Source: an uncultured Candidatus Saccharibacteria bacterium
Lineage (GTDB): Bacteria > Patescibacteriota > Minisyncoccia > Phycocordibacterales > DSPV01
DNA: 64,000 nt
Assembly (NCBI GenBank): GCA_964616075.1
Contig: CAZTRA010000003.1
Coordinates: forward strand, 26,075-90,074
Direction of reading: 5' to 3'
The notes below the pieces were generated by a model. That model did not search any database and had not been told where the DNA came from. It saw only the letters and a list, made by a program, of their open reading frames with translations. The position numbers and the translations under genes are program-made. Shown here piece by piece: positions 1-9,656 of the stretch (within the stretch, counting starts at the first letter, position 1; every line of letters begins with the position of its first letter).

Positions 1-199
1 AAACAGCGATCGTTACGATTTTTGAATCATCGCGAACCGTACCACCCTTTGCGATATCTGAGTAGTTCTTAACCTTTGCGAGACCATCACGAGCTTGCAC
101 CGCAAGAATTGAAGCGGTGAGAGTCGTCTTGCCGTGGTCAACGTGACCAATCGTACCAACGTTGACGTGTGGCTTACTGCGATTGAATGCTTCTGCCAT
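1..199 (-). CDS. tuf: Elongation factor Tu, N-terminal part (gene continues beyond window start)
   Basis: Reverse-complement translation from ATG at 199-197 gives [39 protein letters not shown]. This is a canonical EF-Tu G1 motif (GHVDHGKTT). The gene is the last in the rpsL-rpsG-fusA-tuf order. Confidence 0.85.
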   Translation of the reverse strand, partial: MAEAFNRSKPHVNVGTIGHVDHGKTTLTASILAVQARDGLAKVKNYSDIAKGGTVRDDSKIVTIAV

Positions 200-815
200 G
201 TGTTTATTGTTACTAACCCGAGTCCCCGTGCGATCTTCACGCGCGATAGGGCGAAGATCAGACGGCGACATCGGCGGAATGTCTTGCGTTCTATGCAAGC
301 ACTCCGTCAAATAATATTGCATTGAGGCCCTTTTATACACCGAACAACATCAGTGTACAGAAAAAGAAACACACAAAATGCGTACCGTTCATCATAACAA
401 ACAAAAAAACGAAGTCAATCAAGCATATATAACCCGAAACATATGTAATAAAAATCACCAACCTTCCCCGAGAAAGATTGGTGATCGTGACTACGCTACC
501 ATCAGTAGTAATACCGACGAGGAACCACAACAACCGGCGGTGGTAGCACGGCCAGATTAGGATGCGCTTGACCGGTTATGGGTGGAGTCGGAATCGGTGC
601 CGCCGGCAAAGCATAACCCCGCCGCCAAGCCTCCTTCTGTCGCTCACTCCACTCCTGTGCCTCGATCGCAAGGTACCGTTGCGCCGCAAGATTTTCCTCG
701 TGGCGCCGTTGCAACTGTTCCATATAACGACTATGCCGTCGTTCCGGGATACTGCACCCGATAGTACCCACGCACAGTGCGCACAAACAGAGGTATAGGT
801 ATCTCAAAAGCAATA

Positions 816-841
816 CCCCTGCGCCGATACAGTGCAGGGGT
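816..841 (-). terminator. Hairpin immediately downstream of fusA stop, putative terminator
   Basis: CCCCTGC-N11-GCAGGGG stem. On the minus strand it is followed by a UAUUGCUUUUG tract. Confidence 0.4.
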
Positions 842-870
842 ATGTACCTATATAACCAATACCAAATCTA

Positions 871-3012
871 TTACTTACGTGACTCAATAATCTCTTTCGC
901 GACGTTTTGCGGCACCACTTCGTAGTGATCAAATTCCATTGATGAGGATCCACGACCTTCCGTCATTGAGCGGAGTGCGGTCGTATATCCAAACATTTCT
1001 GACAAAGGTACCTTTGCATGAATCACTTTATTCATACCGCGCTCATCAACATTTTCTACCGCACCACGCTTACTTGAAAGGTGCCCAGTCACGTCTCCAA
1101 TAAACTTATCAGGCACCACCACCTCAAGCTTCATAATTGGCTCAAGAATAACAGGCTTTGCCGCTCGAGCAGCCTCCTGAAACGCTTGTGAGGCAGCAAT
1201 CTTATAAGCAATTTCAGACGAGTCCACATCGTGGTACGAACCATAAGTCAATTCACAAGAAATATTGACAACAGGGAATCCTGCCAAAATACCCCGACCC
1301 ATAGCCTCACGCACACCCTTCTCAACGGCTGGAATAAATTCTTGCGGAATGACACCCCCCTTGATTGAATCAACAAACTCAAAATCATCATAGCGCTTCA
1401 CGTTTTTCGGTATTTTCTCTGGAGGAGTCATGCTCATCTGCTTGATATTGAGCTTAACGTGACCGTACTGACCCTTACCACCCGTCTGCTTGATATACTT
1501 ATGCTCAGCTTCAGCGGTGCCTAAAATTGTTTCGCGGTACGCAACTTGCGGCGCACCAACGTTCGCCTCAACACCGAACTCACGCTTCATACGATCAACC
1601 ATGATTTCAAGGTGTAGCTCACCCATACCCGCAATAATTGTCTCGCCCGTCTCCTGATTTGAGGAGATGCGGAACGTCGGGTCTTCATCAGAAAGGCGCT
1701 TCATGGCCATACCCATCTTCTCTTGATCAGCCTTTGTCTTCGGCTCAATCTTCATCGAGATAACAGGCTCCATGAACTTGATAGGATCGAGAATGATTGG
1801 ATTCTCTTCATCACAGAACGTATGAGATGTTTTTGCATCCTTCAGACCAACCGCTGCCGCAATCTCACCCGCAAACACTTTTTTCACCTCTTCTCGTTTA
1901 TCAGCTTGCAAACGCACAATACGAGAAAGGCGCTCTTTCTTGCCCGTTGTAGCGTTGTAAATATATGAACCTGCCTCAATAGAACCAGAGTACACACGGA
2001 AGAAGGTCAACTGTCCTACATACGGATCAGACTGGAGCTTAAACGCCAGTGCCGCAAACGGTTCTTCATCAGAAGCATTGCGATACATTGGCTCATTGTT
2101 TGCCGGATTAATACCGTGAACTGGGGGAATATCAAGCGGGGATGGCAAGTAGTCAACCACGGCGTCCAACACCAATTGCACACCCTTATTCTTCAGGGCA
2201 GAACCGGTAAAGACTGGGAACAGTTTCGCCTCGATAACCGCCTTGCGAATAACCTTTTTCGCCTCATCAACGGAAATTTCTTTTCCATCAAGATACTTCT
2301 GCATCAAAGTGTCATCAAATTCAGCAATCTTTTCGATCAATGCCGCGTGGTATTTCTTTGCCTCCTCAAGGTATGCCTCTGGAATTTCCTTTTCAACCAC
2401 CACAATACCCTTCTCGCCCTCTTGGTAATATGCCTTCATCTTCAAAAGATCAATGACTCCTTCGAAGTTTTCCTCCAAACCAATAGGAATCTGCATACGA
2501 ACCGCATTTTTGTTGAGTCGATCAAGAATTGAAGCATAGGAACGCTCAAATGAGGCGCCCATGCGATCGAGCTTGTTAATGAAGCAGAGACGTGGCACGT
2601 TTCCTTCGTCGGCATAGCGCCAGTTGGTCTCTGATTGAGGTTCCACACCCGCTACACCATCAAACACCACCACGGCTCCGTCGAGCACACGTAGCGATCG
2701 TTTCACCTCAGCGGTAAAGTCGATGTGGCCTGGCGTATCAATAATGTTAAAACGTACCTTCTTGCTAGTATCCTCCTTGGGCATATAGGTTGGATTCCAG
2801 AAGCAGGTAATAGCAGCAGCTGTGATCGTGATACCACGCTCACGCTCCTGTTCCATCCAGTCAGTGACGGTGGCACCCTCATGCACTTCGCCGATCTTAT
2901 GGATCATGCCGGTGTAATACAAAATACGCTCAGACGTAGTTGTTTTTCCTGCGTCAATGTGAGCAATGATACCGAAGTTACGAACTTTCTCTAATGGATA
3001 ATCGCGATTCAT
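871..3012 (-). CDS. fusA: Elongation factor G
   Basis: 713 aa. N-terminus reads NFGIIAHIDAGKTTTSERILYYTG and the EF-G domain signatures are present throughout. It follows rpsG. Confidence 0.95.
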   Translation of the reverse strand: MNRDYPLEKVRNFGIIAHIDAGKTTTSERILYYTGMIHKIGEVHEGATVTDWMEQERERGITITAAAITCFWNPTYMPKEDTSKKVRFNIIDTPGHIDFTAEVKRSLRVLDGAVVVFDGVAGVEPQSETNWRYADEGNVPRLCFINKLDRMGASFERSYASILDRLNKNAVRMQIPIGLEENFEGVIDLLKMKAYYQEGEKGIVVVEKEIPEAYLEEAKKYHAALIEKIAEFDDTLMQKYLDGKEISVDEAKKVIRKAVIEAKLFPVFTGSALKNKGVQLVLDAVVDYLPSPLDIPPVHGINPANNEPMYRNASDEEPFAALAFKLQSDPYVGQLTFFRVYSGSIEAGSYIYNATTGKKERLSRIVRLQADKREEVKKVFAGEIAAAVGLKDAKTSHTFCDEENPIILDPIKFMEPVISMKIEPKTKADQEKMGMAMKRLSDEDPTFRISSNQETGETIIAGMGELHLEIMVDRMKREFGVEANVGAPQVAYRETILGTAEAEHKYIKQTGGKGQYGHVKLNIKQMSMTPPEKIPKNVKRYDDFEFVDSIKGGVIPQEFIPAVEKGVREAMGRGILAGFPVVNISCELTYGSYHDVDSSEIAYKIAASQAFQEAARAAKPVILEPIMKLEVVVPDKFIGDVTGHLSSKRGAVENVDERGMNKVIHAKVPLSEMFGYTTALRSMTEGRGSSSMEFDHYEVVPQNVAKEIIESRK

Positions 3013-3249
3013 AGTAGAGGGCGCACGGCGAAATAAGAATAAAAAAGCGCCGAAGCGTTCTCGCTAGCGTACAGTAAAAATAACTAAAAAGCAAAAATTC
3101 TTCAAAAGACTTCATCAAAAGGCACACCCTTAAAGAATCTATACCCCAAGTAACGAACAAAACATATATTTATTGGCTAACACCCACAATTTCAAGGAAA
3201 AAAGCTCCCCTTCGAAACTCTTCCTAAGAAAGATAATCCAAAATCATTA

Positions 3250-3282
3250 CAATAAAATGCCACGGTGGTGGCATTTTATTGT
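3250..3282 (-). terminator. Palindromic hairpin between rpsG and fusA (attenuator/terminator)
   Basis: AAAATGCCAC-GGTG-GTGGCATTTT perfect stem flanked by T-rich tracts on both sides, in the 296-bp rpsG-fusA spacer. Confidence 0.45.
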
Positions 3283-3308
3283 TTTCTAAAAATCAAATAC
3301 GGACAAAT

Positions 3309-3779
3309 TTACCACGCAAAGTGTGCAAACGCCTTGTTTGCTTCGGCCATCTTGTGTACATTTTCACGCTTCTTGACCGCCTCGCCCTCATTCTTGGCTG
3401 CAGCCATAAATTCAACTGCGAGTTTCTTATTAATTGGTTGACCTTTTTTACCTCGTGCCGCTTCAATTAACCAGCGCATTGAGAGTGCCATACGGCGCTC
3501 AGGGCGAACCTCAACAGGAATCTGGTAGTTTGCACCGCCAACACGACGAGAGCGCACTTCGACATTGGGTGCTGTATTCTGAAGAGCTGTTTCAAAAATC
3601 TCAATAGGATTATCAGTTTTTGCTTCTTTCTTTATAATTTCAAATGCACCATAAACCGCCTTGCGAGCAGCAGTTTTTTTACCACCTTCCATAAGGTAAT
3701 TAACCAACTTTTCGACCTTAACCGACTGATACACCGGATCAGGACCAACAATATTACGATTTTTTACGGGGCGACGCAT
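3309..3779 (-). CDS. rpsG: 30S ribosomal protein S7
   Basis: 156 aa. S7 family similarity over full length (…VEVRSRRVGGANYQIPVEV…). Confidence 0.95.
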   Translation of the reverse strand: MRRPVKNRNIVGPDPVYQSVKVEKLVNYLMEGGKKTAARKAVYGAFEIIKKEAKTDNPIEIFETALQNTAPNVEVRSRRVGGANYQIPVEVRPERRMALSMRWLIEAARGKKGQPINKKLAVEFMAAAKNEGEAVKKRENVHKMAEANKAFAHFAW

Positions 3780-3791
3780 GTGTTATATGTA

Positions 3792-4211
3792 TTATGCAGC
3801 CGGAGCTTTAGGCCTCTTGGCACCATACTGGCTACGACCTTTGCGACGATTCTCAACACCGGTAGCATCAAGACGTCCACGAACAACAGAGTAACGAAGA
3901 CCAACATCCCTCACTTTTCCACCACGAACCATAACCACTGAATGTTCTTGAAGTGCATGACCCATACCCGGAATATATGCGGTCACTTCCATACCATTTG
4001 AAAGACGAACACGAGCAATTTTTCTGATTGCGGAGTTTGGCTTCTTTGGTGTTTTGGTTGTTACTTTAGTACAAACACCTCGCTTAAAAGGTGAGGCGAA
4101 GTTAACCGGTCGATTTTTAATCACGTTAAACGAACGTCGCAAAGCGACTGAAGTTGGTTTCCTTTTGGAACTCTTGCGAGCTCGTTTGACTAACTGGTTT
4201 AATGTTGCCAT
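3792..4211 (-). CDS. rpsL: 30S ribosomal protein S12
   Basis: 139 aa. Contains [11 protein letters not shown]…AYIPG.GH.LQEHSVV..RGG.V.D..G.RY..VRG. First gene of the str operon. Confidence 0.95.
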   Translation of the reverse strand: MATLNQLVKRARKSSKRKPTSVALRRSFNVIKNRPVNFASPFKRGVCTKVTTKTPKKPNSAIRKIARVRLSNGMEVTAYIPGMGHALQEHSVVMVRGGKVRDVGLRYSVVRGRLDATGVENRRKGRSQYGAKRPKAPAA

Positions 4212-4296
4212 TGCGTAAAAAACGAAGTGCCCCCTACTCTAATATGAGCCCAACTAAATTGCAAGTGCTCAGTCGCCACTACACTCTCGTCACCTG

Positions 4297-4923
4297 CTAG
4301 AAGAACGACACGCCCGTTAACAGTTTGAAGAGCGCCCCCACAATGGGAATTAGTACATCAGCAAAGAAAAAAGCAAAAATAATAACAAGAAAGAATCCAT
4401 ACTGTTCAAGTACTGAACGGATAAATTGGTATTGGTACGGCAAGATCGAAAAAAGAAGCTTGGAGCCATCAAGTGGGGGAATGGGGACAAGATTAAAAAC
4501 CGCCAAAAAAAGATTAATAAGAACAATACCAAACATCATATTGGAAGCCGCTACTCCTACCATCTCTCCAAAAAAACGGATAATCAGAGAGAATACAAGT
4601 GCAATAAACAAATTAGCCGCTGGACCAGCCGCAGCCACAATAGCCTCACCCCATTTTCCTCTTAAATTATAAGGATTAAACGGTACCGGCTTTGCCCATG
4701 CAAACACAAACCCAGCATTTGAAAGCACCAAAAGCAACGGGAGCAATATGGAGCCGATCGGGTCCAAATGCGGCAACGGATTAACAGTAAGTCGATTGGC
4801 ATATCGTGGTGTTGGGTCACCCAAAAAGACCGCGGCATAGCCATGAGACACTTCATGAAGCACAACCGAAACCAAAAGAATAGCGATGTTAAAAAAAATA
4901 TCCATGTGTTGCAATTTGTACAC
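4297..4923 (-). CDS. Site-2 protease family (M50) membrane zinc metalloprotease
   Basis: 208 aa polytopic membrane protein. HEVSHG (HExxH) lies in the first TM and a later LDG motif is present, typical of small M50/SpoIVFB-like proteases. Confidence 0.65.
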   Translation of the reverse strand: MYKLQHMDIFFNIAILLVSVVLHEVSHGYAAVFLGDPTPRYANRLTVNPLPHLDPIGSILLPLLLVLSNAGFVFAWAKPVPFNPYNLRGKWGEAIVAAAGPAANLFIALVFSLIIRFFGEMVGVAASNMMFGIVLINLFLAVFNLVPIPPLDGSKLLFSILPYQYQFIRSVLEQYGFFLVIIFAFFFADVLIPIVGALFKLLTGVSFF

Positions 4924-4956
4924 CTTATGCTACCATAGCGCCTACGTTTCAAATAT

Positions 4957-5199
4957 ATGGCTTACGAATGTCCTGTAACCAAACGCACCTCTCTTATGGG
5001 AGGATCATACAGCAACAGAACCCGCGCAACACAGTTCAATCCCTGTGGTAATCGCCGTCGCCAACTGAACCTCCAAACAAAACGAGTGTATATTCCTGAA
5101 CTTAAGAAAAAAGTTATCGCAACACTCTCAACAAGAGGATGGAAGACTGTCGCAAAGAAAGGCGCTTACGCAACCTTCAAAAAAGCAGGTCTCATTTAA
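4957..5199 (+). CDS. rpmB: 50S ribosomal protein L28
   Basis: 80 aa. Pattern C.VT.K......SH…T.R.F.PN.Q…V matches the L28 family. Confidence 0.7.
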   Translation: MAYECPVTKRTSLMGGSYSNRTRATQFNPCGNRRRQLNLQTKRVYIPELKKKVIATLSTRGWKTVAKKGAYATFKKAGLI

Positions 5200-5223
5200 C
5201 CCATTGAGACTGTATACTCACAA

Positions 5224-5254
5224 ACACTCCACCTTCTTGTGTGGAGTTTTTTGT
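5224..5254 (+). terminator. Rho-independent terminator after rpmB
   Basis: ACTCCAC-CTTCTTGT-GTGGAGT hairpin followed by TTTTTTG. Confidence 0.6.
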
Positions 5255-5326
5255 TCCGAATTACACAACTGTTTAAATATCTTGTCAAAACATACCAACA
5301 AGAAACAGCCTCATGAGAGACTAGTC

Positions 5327-6229
5327 TTATTTTTTATCAATCTCAAGGTGTAATGGCGTCGTAGTACATACACCCGTGGTTGTCCACATACGTCCATCTG
5401 AATAAAAAGAAATATGTCCCAAGTCAGCAGTATTCAATACACACGCCCCGACTCTCTGCACCCGCTTCATAACGGTTGGTTTTGGGTGACCATACTGATT
5501 ACCCTTACCGGCAGACACGACCGCGTATCGAGGTGAAGTTACCTGTAAAAACACTTCGGCACTTGAAGTTTCAGAACCGTGATGGCCAAGCTTCAATAAG
5601 TCAACATCGAGACGAGCACCATCTTTTGTCACTAAATACTCCTCGACTGTGTCGGGTGAATCGCCACTAAAAAGAGCACTTGTGGAACCAAAACGAAGTA
5701 CACCAACAATAGAAGCGGTATTACTTTCCCACCCGCGCGGATTACGATCAGGAAAAAGCACCTGAAATGTAACACCGCCACCTAAATCAATCCTTGTTCC
5801 TCGTATACCATATACGATAGGTACCCCCTCCTTTACTACTGCACGTTCAAATGCCTCAGCAACACCAGTTGTTGATACGTTTCCTGAAACAACAATTGAT
5901 CCAATTGAAAATCGAGAAAGCACTTCCGATAATCCTCCAATATGATCGGCATCTGGGTGTGTCGCTACTACAACATCAATATGACGGTCGGCCGCTGACA
6001 TAACAGACGCTAATCCAGCCAACACCTTCCCGTCCTCCCGACCACCGTCAATCAACATGTCGCGTCCACTCGGTGACCGAATATACAGTGCATCACCTTG
6101 CCCCACGTCAAGAAATGCAACAAAAAGCTCATTTGTTTTCCCATCAGCAAACGTAATATACCCACTCACCAACGAGATAAGAAAAAGAACTACAAGCACC
6201 ATGAATCGCGCGGAAGAACGATCGTTCAT
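5327..6229 (-). CDS. ComEC-type metallo-beta-lactamase domain protein (stand-alone C-terminal ComEC module with N-terminal TM anchor)
   Basis: 300 aa. Contains FLDVGQGDA, THPDADHIGG (HxHxDH) and GHHGS motifs of the ComEC/Rec2 MBL domain. N-terminal hydrophobic helix. Confidence 0.75.
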   Translation of the reverse strand: MNDRSSARFMVLVVLFLISLVSGYITFADGKTNELFVAFLDVGQGDALYIRSPSGRDMLIDGGREDGKVLAGLASVMSAADRHIDVVVATHPDADHIGGLSEVLSRFSIGSIVVSGNVSTTGVAEAFERAVVKEGVPIVYGIRGTRIDLGGGVTFQVLFPDRNPRGWESNTASIVGVLRFGSTSALFSGDSPDTVEEYLVTKDGARLDVDLLKLGHHGSETSSAEVFLQVTSPRYAVVSAGKGNQYGHPKPTVMKRVQRVGACVLNTADLGHISFYSDGRMWTTTGVCTTTPLHLEIDKK

Positions 6230-6293
6230 ATGAAAAGTATACGCCCAAAATTACTGCATGCTATACTCACCACAATACGTATAACTAATTATT

Positions 6294-6893
6294 ATGAAGA
6301 CATTTGAAGCAAAAAAATTTAATATCCAGAAACTCATCGGTATTTCTGAAAAAACAATTGAGGAACACGTGAAGCTTTATGAAGGCTACGTAAAACACGC
6401 AAATCTTATTCGTGAACACATTGAAGAGTTAGCAAGAGAATCAGAAAAATTTGCATACGAATTAGCTGAGTTGCAACGACGTTTTGGATTTGAATTTGGT
6501 GGCATTAAAAACCACGAATGTTACTTTACAGCCCTCGAAAATGGGCCAACAATACTTTCACCAAAGAGTAGCCTCAGCGAAATACTTACCCGAGAATGGG
6601 GTTCAGTAGAACACTTCACAAATCGCTTCAAAGCAATTGCACTCACCCGAGGTATTGGGTGGGCAAAGCTCGTATATGATCCTCAGGAAAAAACTCTACT
6701 CACCGTATGGATCGACGAACAACACCTCGGCCAATTGCCTGATACTACAACCATTCTAGCGCTTGATATGTGGGAACACTCATTTGTTGCTGACTATCAA
6801 CCTAGCGGTAAAAAACAATACGTCGAAGATTTTTTCAAAAATCTAAACTGGTCAGTTATTGAAAAAAACTACGAGATAGCTGCCCGCACATAA
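6294..6893 (+). CDS. sodA: Fe/Mn superoxide dismutase family protein
   Basis: 199 aa. C-terminal DMWEHSFVADYQ…YVEDFFKNLNW matches SOD D.WEHAYY…NW. NHECYF matches the second ligand His region. The N-terminal HHxKHH motif is altered (HVKLYEGYV). Confidence 0.6.
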   Translation: MKTFEAKKFNIQKLIGISEKTIEEHVKLYEGYVKHANLIREHIEELARESEKFAYELAELQRRFGFEFGGIKNHECYFTALENGPTILSPKSSLSEILTREWGSVEHFTNRFKAIALTRGIGWAKLVYDPQEKTLLTVWIDEQHLGQLPDTTTILALDMWEHSFVADYQPSGKKQYVEDFFKNLNWSVIEKNYEIAART

Positions 6894-6894
6894 A

Positions 6895-8448
6895 TTACAA
6901 AGAGGAACCAGATGTCATTTCCTCATGGGCATGATCACGTACGATACCATACATATACATAATCCCTGACCCCAAAAAAATATATGCGCCAACCATCCAT
7001 ACCGATGAAAACGGTGACACAGTAAAAAAGGACCACTCACCACCACACCATTGTGCAACACGTATTACCCACATAAGGAGTACGTGTGTTATGAGTCCAC
7101 TTAAAAGGGCAACCTGAGGCGCAACTAATGCCACGCCTGCCGTGACTGTTCCCAGGAGCATCGTGACAGGTATCAACGGGAGTGCCAACACATTCGCGGG
7201 TAACGAAAGCAGTGATACGCTCCCCGAGGTATACAAGAGGAGTGGTAACACTAATATATTAGTAGCGATCGTTGACGCGACGATATTTCGCAATGCGAAC
7301 CGTTGCGAAACCCATGATACATATCTTTCAATAATTGGTGATACATAAATAACAGCAATCGTTGCGATAAATGAAAGCTGAAATGATCGATCGAACAATA
7401 ATACATATGGATTAAGCGTGATCATAATTAATCCAGCAAGCATGAGTGCCCGAGATACGTGATACCGACGGCGCACCACCTGCGCTAAGATAACAAGAAG
7501 TGCCATCAACGCCGCCCGAACCGCGGTTGCCGACGCTCCTGCCATGGTAGCGTAAGCAACAATGGAGAACGCTCCAAAAAAGAGACTGATTGATCGGGGT
7601 AGCCGTGAAGCAGCGCGGATGATCCAATCAGCAACAACTGATAAATTGTACCCTGATAACACAACGATATGAATCAATCCGGCTCGACGAAAAAAATCCT
7701 CAAGGTCTGCCGGTAGTCCACGCTGCGAACCAAACAAAATACCAAATAGTAGCTCAACCGAGGGAGACGGAATAACAAGGGCGAGAGCGCTCATTAACCG
7801 TTCCTTACATGCAAATAGTAAAGATACCATCGGATTACCATCCCCAGAAAAAACCAAAGAAACATGTGGTCGCTCAATTATATGCATGACACCAAAACGT
7901 CTCAGGTATGATGCGTAATCAAATACCCGTCCCGCATCTGTTTCAAATGACGTGGGTGACGTCACTATGCCACTTACTGAAATACGATCACCGTATGACC
8001 ATTTCGGATATGTCGGAACTCGCACAAGTACCGTTCCATCCACAAACGTTCCTGTACCTTCAATACCTGCCACGATATCTGACACAAAAAGCATCGTGTG
8101 ACTTAATCGCTCGTCAGGCTCACGGATAATGGTTCCGACAAATCCAATGCGGGCACCCTCATGTGACACCAGCCACGGATCCATGGGTATCGCGCGCGCA
8201 TACATCCACACCATACCAAAGCAAGTCGTAAGTACGCCTGCCGCCGTAACCATAGAAAAACGCCCACCTGGCCATTCAAAAAAACGAAACAAAAAACACA
8301 CACACGCGCTCACACAGGCCCCTACACCAATATAAAACAAAGGTATGGTAATAAAAGAGGCAATAGCAATACCACCAATGAAACCACTCGATGCTGTATA
8401 AAACAACCGATCACACATGACACTAATCATACTCCTGTCATACATCAC
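6895..8448 (-). CDS. comEC: ComEC/Rec2 N-terminal (DUF4131-like) plus competence channel domain. MBL domain not fused.
   Basis: 517 aa polytopic membrane protein. Typical ComEC core hydrophobic segment pattern and a GLIHIVVLSGYNLS-like motif. Its stop abuts the convergent sod-like gene. Confidence 0.65.
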   Translation of the reverse strand: MMYDRSMISVMCDRLFYTASSGFIGGIAIASFITIPLFYIGVGACVSACVCFLFRFFEWPGGRFSMVTAAGVLTTCFGMVWMYARAIPMDPWLVSHEGARIGFVGTIIREPDERLSHTMLFVSDIVAGIEGTGTFVDGTVLVRVPTYPKWSYGDRISVSGIVTSPTSFETDAGRVFDYASYLRRFGVMHIIERPHVSLVFSGDGNPMVSLLFACKERLMSALALVIPSPSVELLFGILFGSQRGLPADLEDFFRRAGLIHIVVLSGYNLSVVADWIIRAASRLPRSISLFFGAFSIVAYATMAGASATAVRAALMALLVILAQVVRRRYHVSRALMLAGLIMITLNPYVLLFDRSFQLSFIATIAVIYVSPIIERYVSWVSQRFALRNIVASTIATNILVLPLLLYTSGSVSLLSLPANVLALPLIPVTMLLGTVTAGVALVAPQVALLSGLITHVLLMWVIRVAQWCGGEWSFFTVSPFSSVWMVGAYIFLGSGIMYMYGIVRDHAHEEMTSGSSL

Positions 8449-8516
8449 ACATGAACACTCGCAGAAATTTCCTTGTACAGAAAGAAAACACTTGCTACAC
8501 TCGCCACAGATGCTCT

Positions 8517-8837
8517 ATGAAAAAAGAAAAAAACATGCATATCCCTACTGTGGGAATGGTTTTGGTTCTTATCATCGCTGGTGCAGCAACCGAACAGATT
8601 ATTAGTTGGTATACTGCGCTAGCCATCGGATACGTTATAGGCAACCTAACCTGGGTGTGTACATTTCTATTCGACATCTATTGGTGTACGTATGTTGGCC
8701 ATCAGTCTACGCCAACGAGATGGTACTATCTCACACAAATAGGACTCTCATGCTTTTTCTTGTGGCCTCTTGGCCTTATGTTAGAAGCAACACTCTATAT
8801 TCACCCCACACTACACAAAAAAGCCTATAGAAACTAG
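8517..8837 (+). CDS. Hypothetical small membrane protein (3 predicted TM helices)
   Basis: ORF with hydrophobic segments. No recognisable family. Start chosen at the internal MKKEKNMHIP. Confidence 0.3.
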   Translation: MKKEKNMHIPTVGMVLVLIIAGAATEQIISWYTALAIGYVIGNLTWVCTFLFDIYWCTYVGHQSTPTRWYYLTQIGLSCFFLWPLGLMLEATLYIHPTLHKKAYRN

Positions 8838-8869
8838 TGACACACGCCCCCCGCAACCACTGGGGGCGT

Positions 8870-9571
8870 TTACATACCCTTAAATTCAGCAAAAATAACT
8901 TTTTCATCTTCAGCAGATAACGCCTTGCGATACCGCGCACCTTTCACACCTTTCACTCGTTGCTCACACGCTGCCCACGTATCATGAGTCGTAATGATCC
9001 CACCAACCATAGAAACATATGAATATGCCTTCCCCGAACGACCAACTCGTTGCGACGAAGTATAGAGACCCGTGGGTGTGTTAATTGGTATACGATACCC
9101 TGCGCGTGACCCTCGATAAAGAACAATGGGCTGATTATCAGCAAAAGTTGTAGCGATGCGATCACACCGCTCGTTAGCATCATGGCCCGCATGGCCCGCA
9201 ACGCGTCGCCACGATACAGACAATGACGCAGCCACATCATCCAATGATTCCCACAAATCTCGATTTAAAACTTCACCATTTTCTTTCGTCTTCCATCCAC
9301 GCTGCTTCCAGCCTGCCACCCAACGTTCCATACCATTCACCACATACGAAGAGTCAGAAAAAACAATTACCGGAGTACGTCGCTCTTGTGCGCGCACTTC
9401 ATGGAGTGCGACTGATGCAGCCAACAATTCCATTCTATTATTTGTTGTACGCTCTTCACGACCGCCTAGCTCAATGACGTCCATATCCGTCGCAATGATG
9501 GCTCCCCAACCACCAGGACCTGGGTTACCACGCGAGGAACCATCAGTAAAAACAAGAATTTGATTTGCCAT
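8870..9571 (-). CDS. rnhA: Ribonuclease HI with C-terminal hybrid-binding (HBD/caulimovirus-VI-like) domain
   Basis: N-terminal 150 aa reads TDGSSRGNPGPGGWGAI…TNNRMEL…SDSSYV…GW..RGWKT…N.DLW…V.GHAGH..NE.CD, the RNase H1 catalytic DEDD pattern. C-terminal ~60 aa reads Y.YV…GIITTHDTW..CE.RVKG.KGARYRK…ED…FAEF, an HBD signature. Confidence 0.8.
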   Translation of the reverse strand: MANQILVFTDGSSRGNPGPGGWGAIIATDMDVIELGGREERTTNNRMELLAASVALHEVRAQERRTPVIVFSDSSYVVNGMERWVAGWKQRGWKTKENGEVLNRDLWESLDDVAASLSVSWRRVAGHAGHDANERCDRIATTFADNQPIVLYRGSRAGYRIPINTPTGLYTSSQRVGRSGKAYSYVSMVGGIITTHDTWAACEQRVKGVKGARYRKALSAEDEKVIFAEFKGM

Positions 9572-9656
9572 AAAGGCAAAGTATACAAGATAGAACTCAT
9601 TTTCCGTAATTTATAATTAACAAACCTCGCATGTCTCCATGCGAGGTTGTGCAACA

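Noticed and set aside
13-240. 75-aa minus-strand ORF at the window start
   Set aside because: It is in a different frame from the clear EF-Tu N-terminus ([26 protein letters not shown]) that occupies 1-199 on the same strand. It is a shadow ORF.
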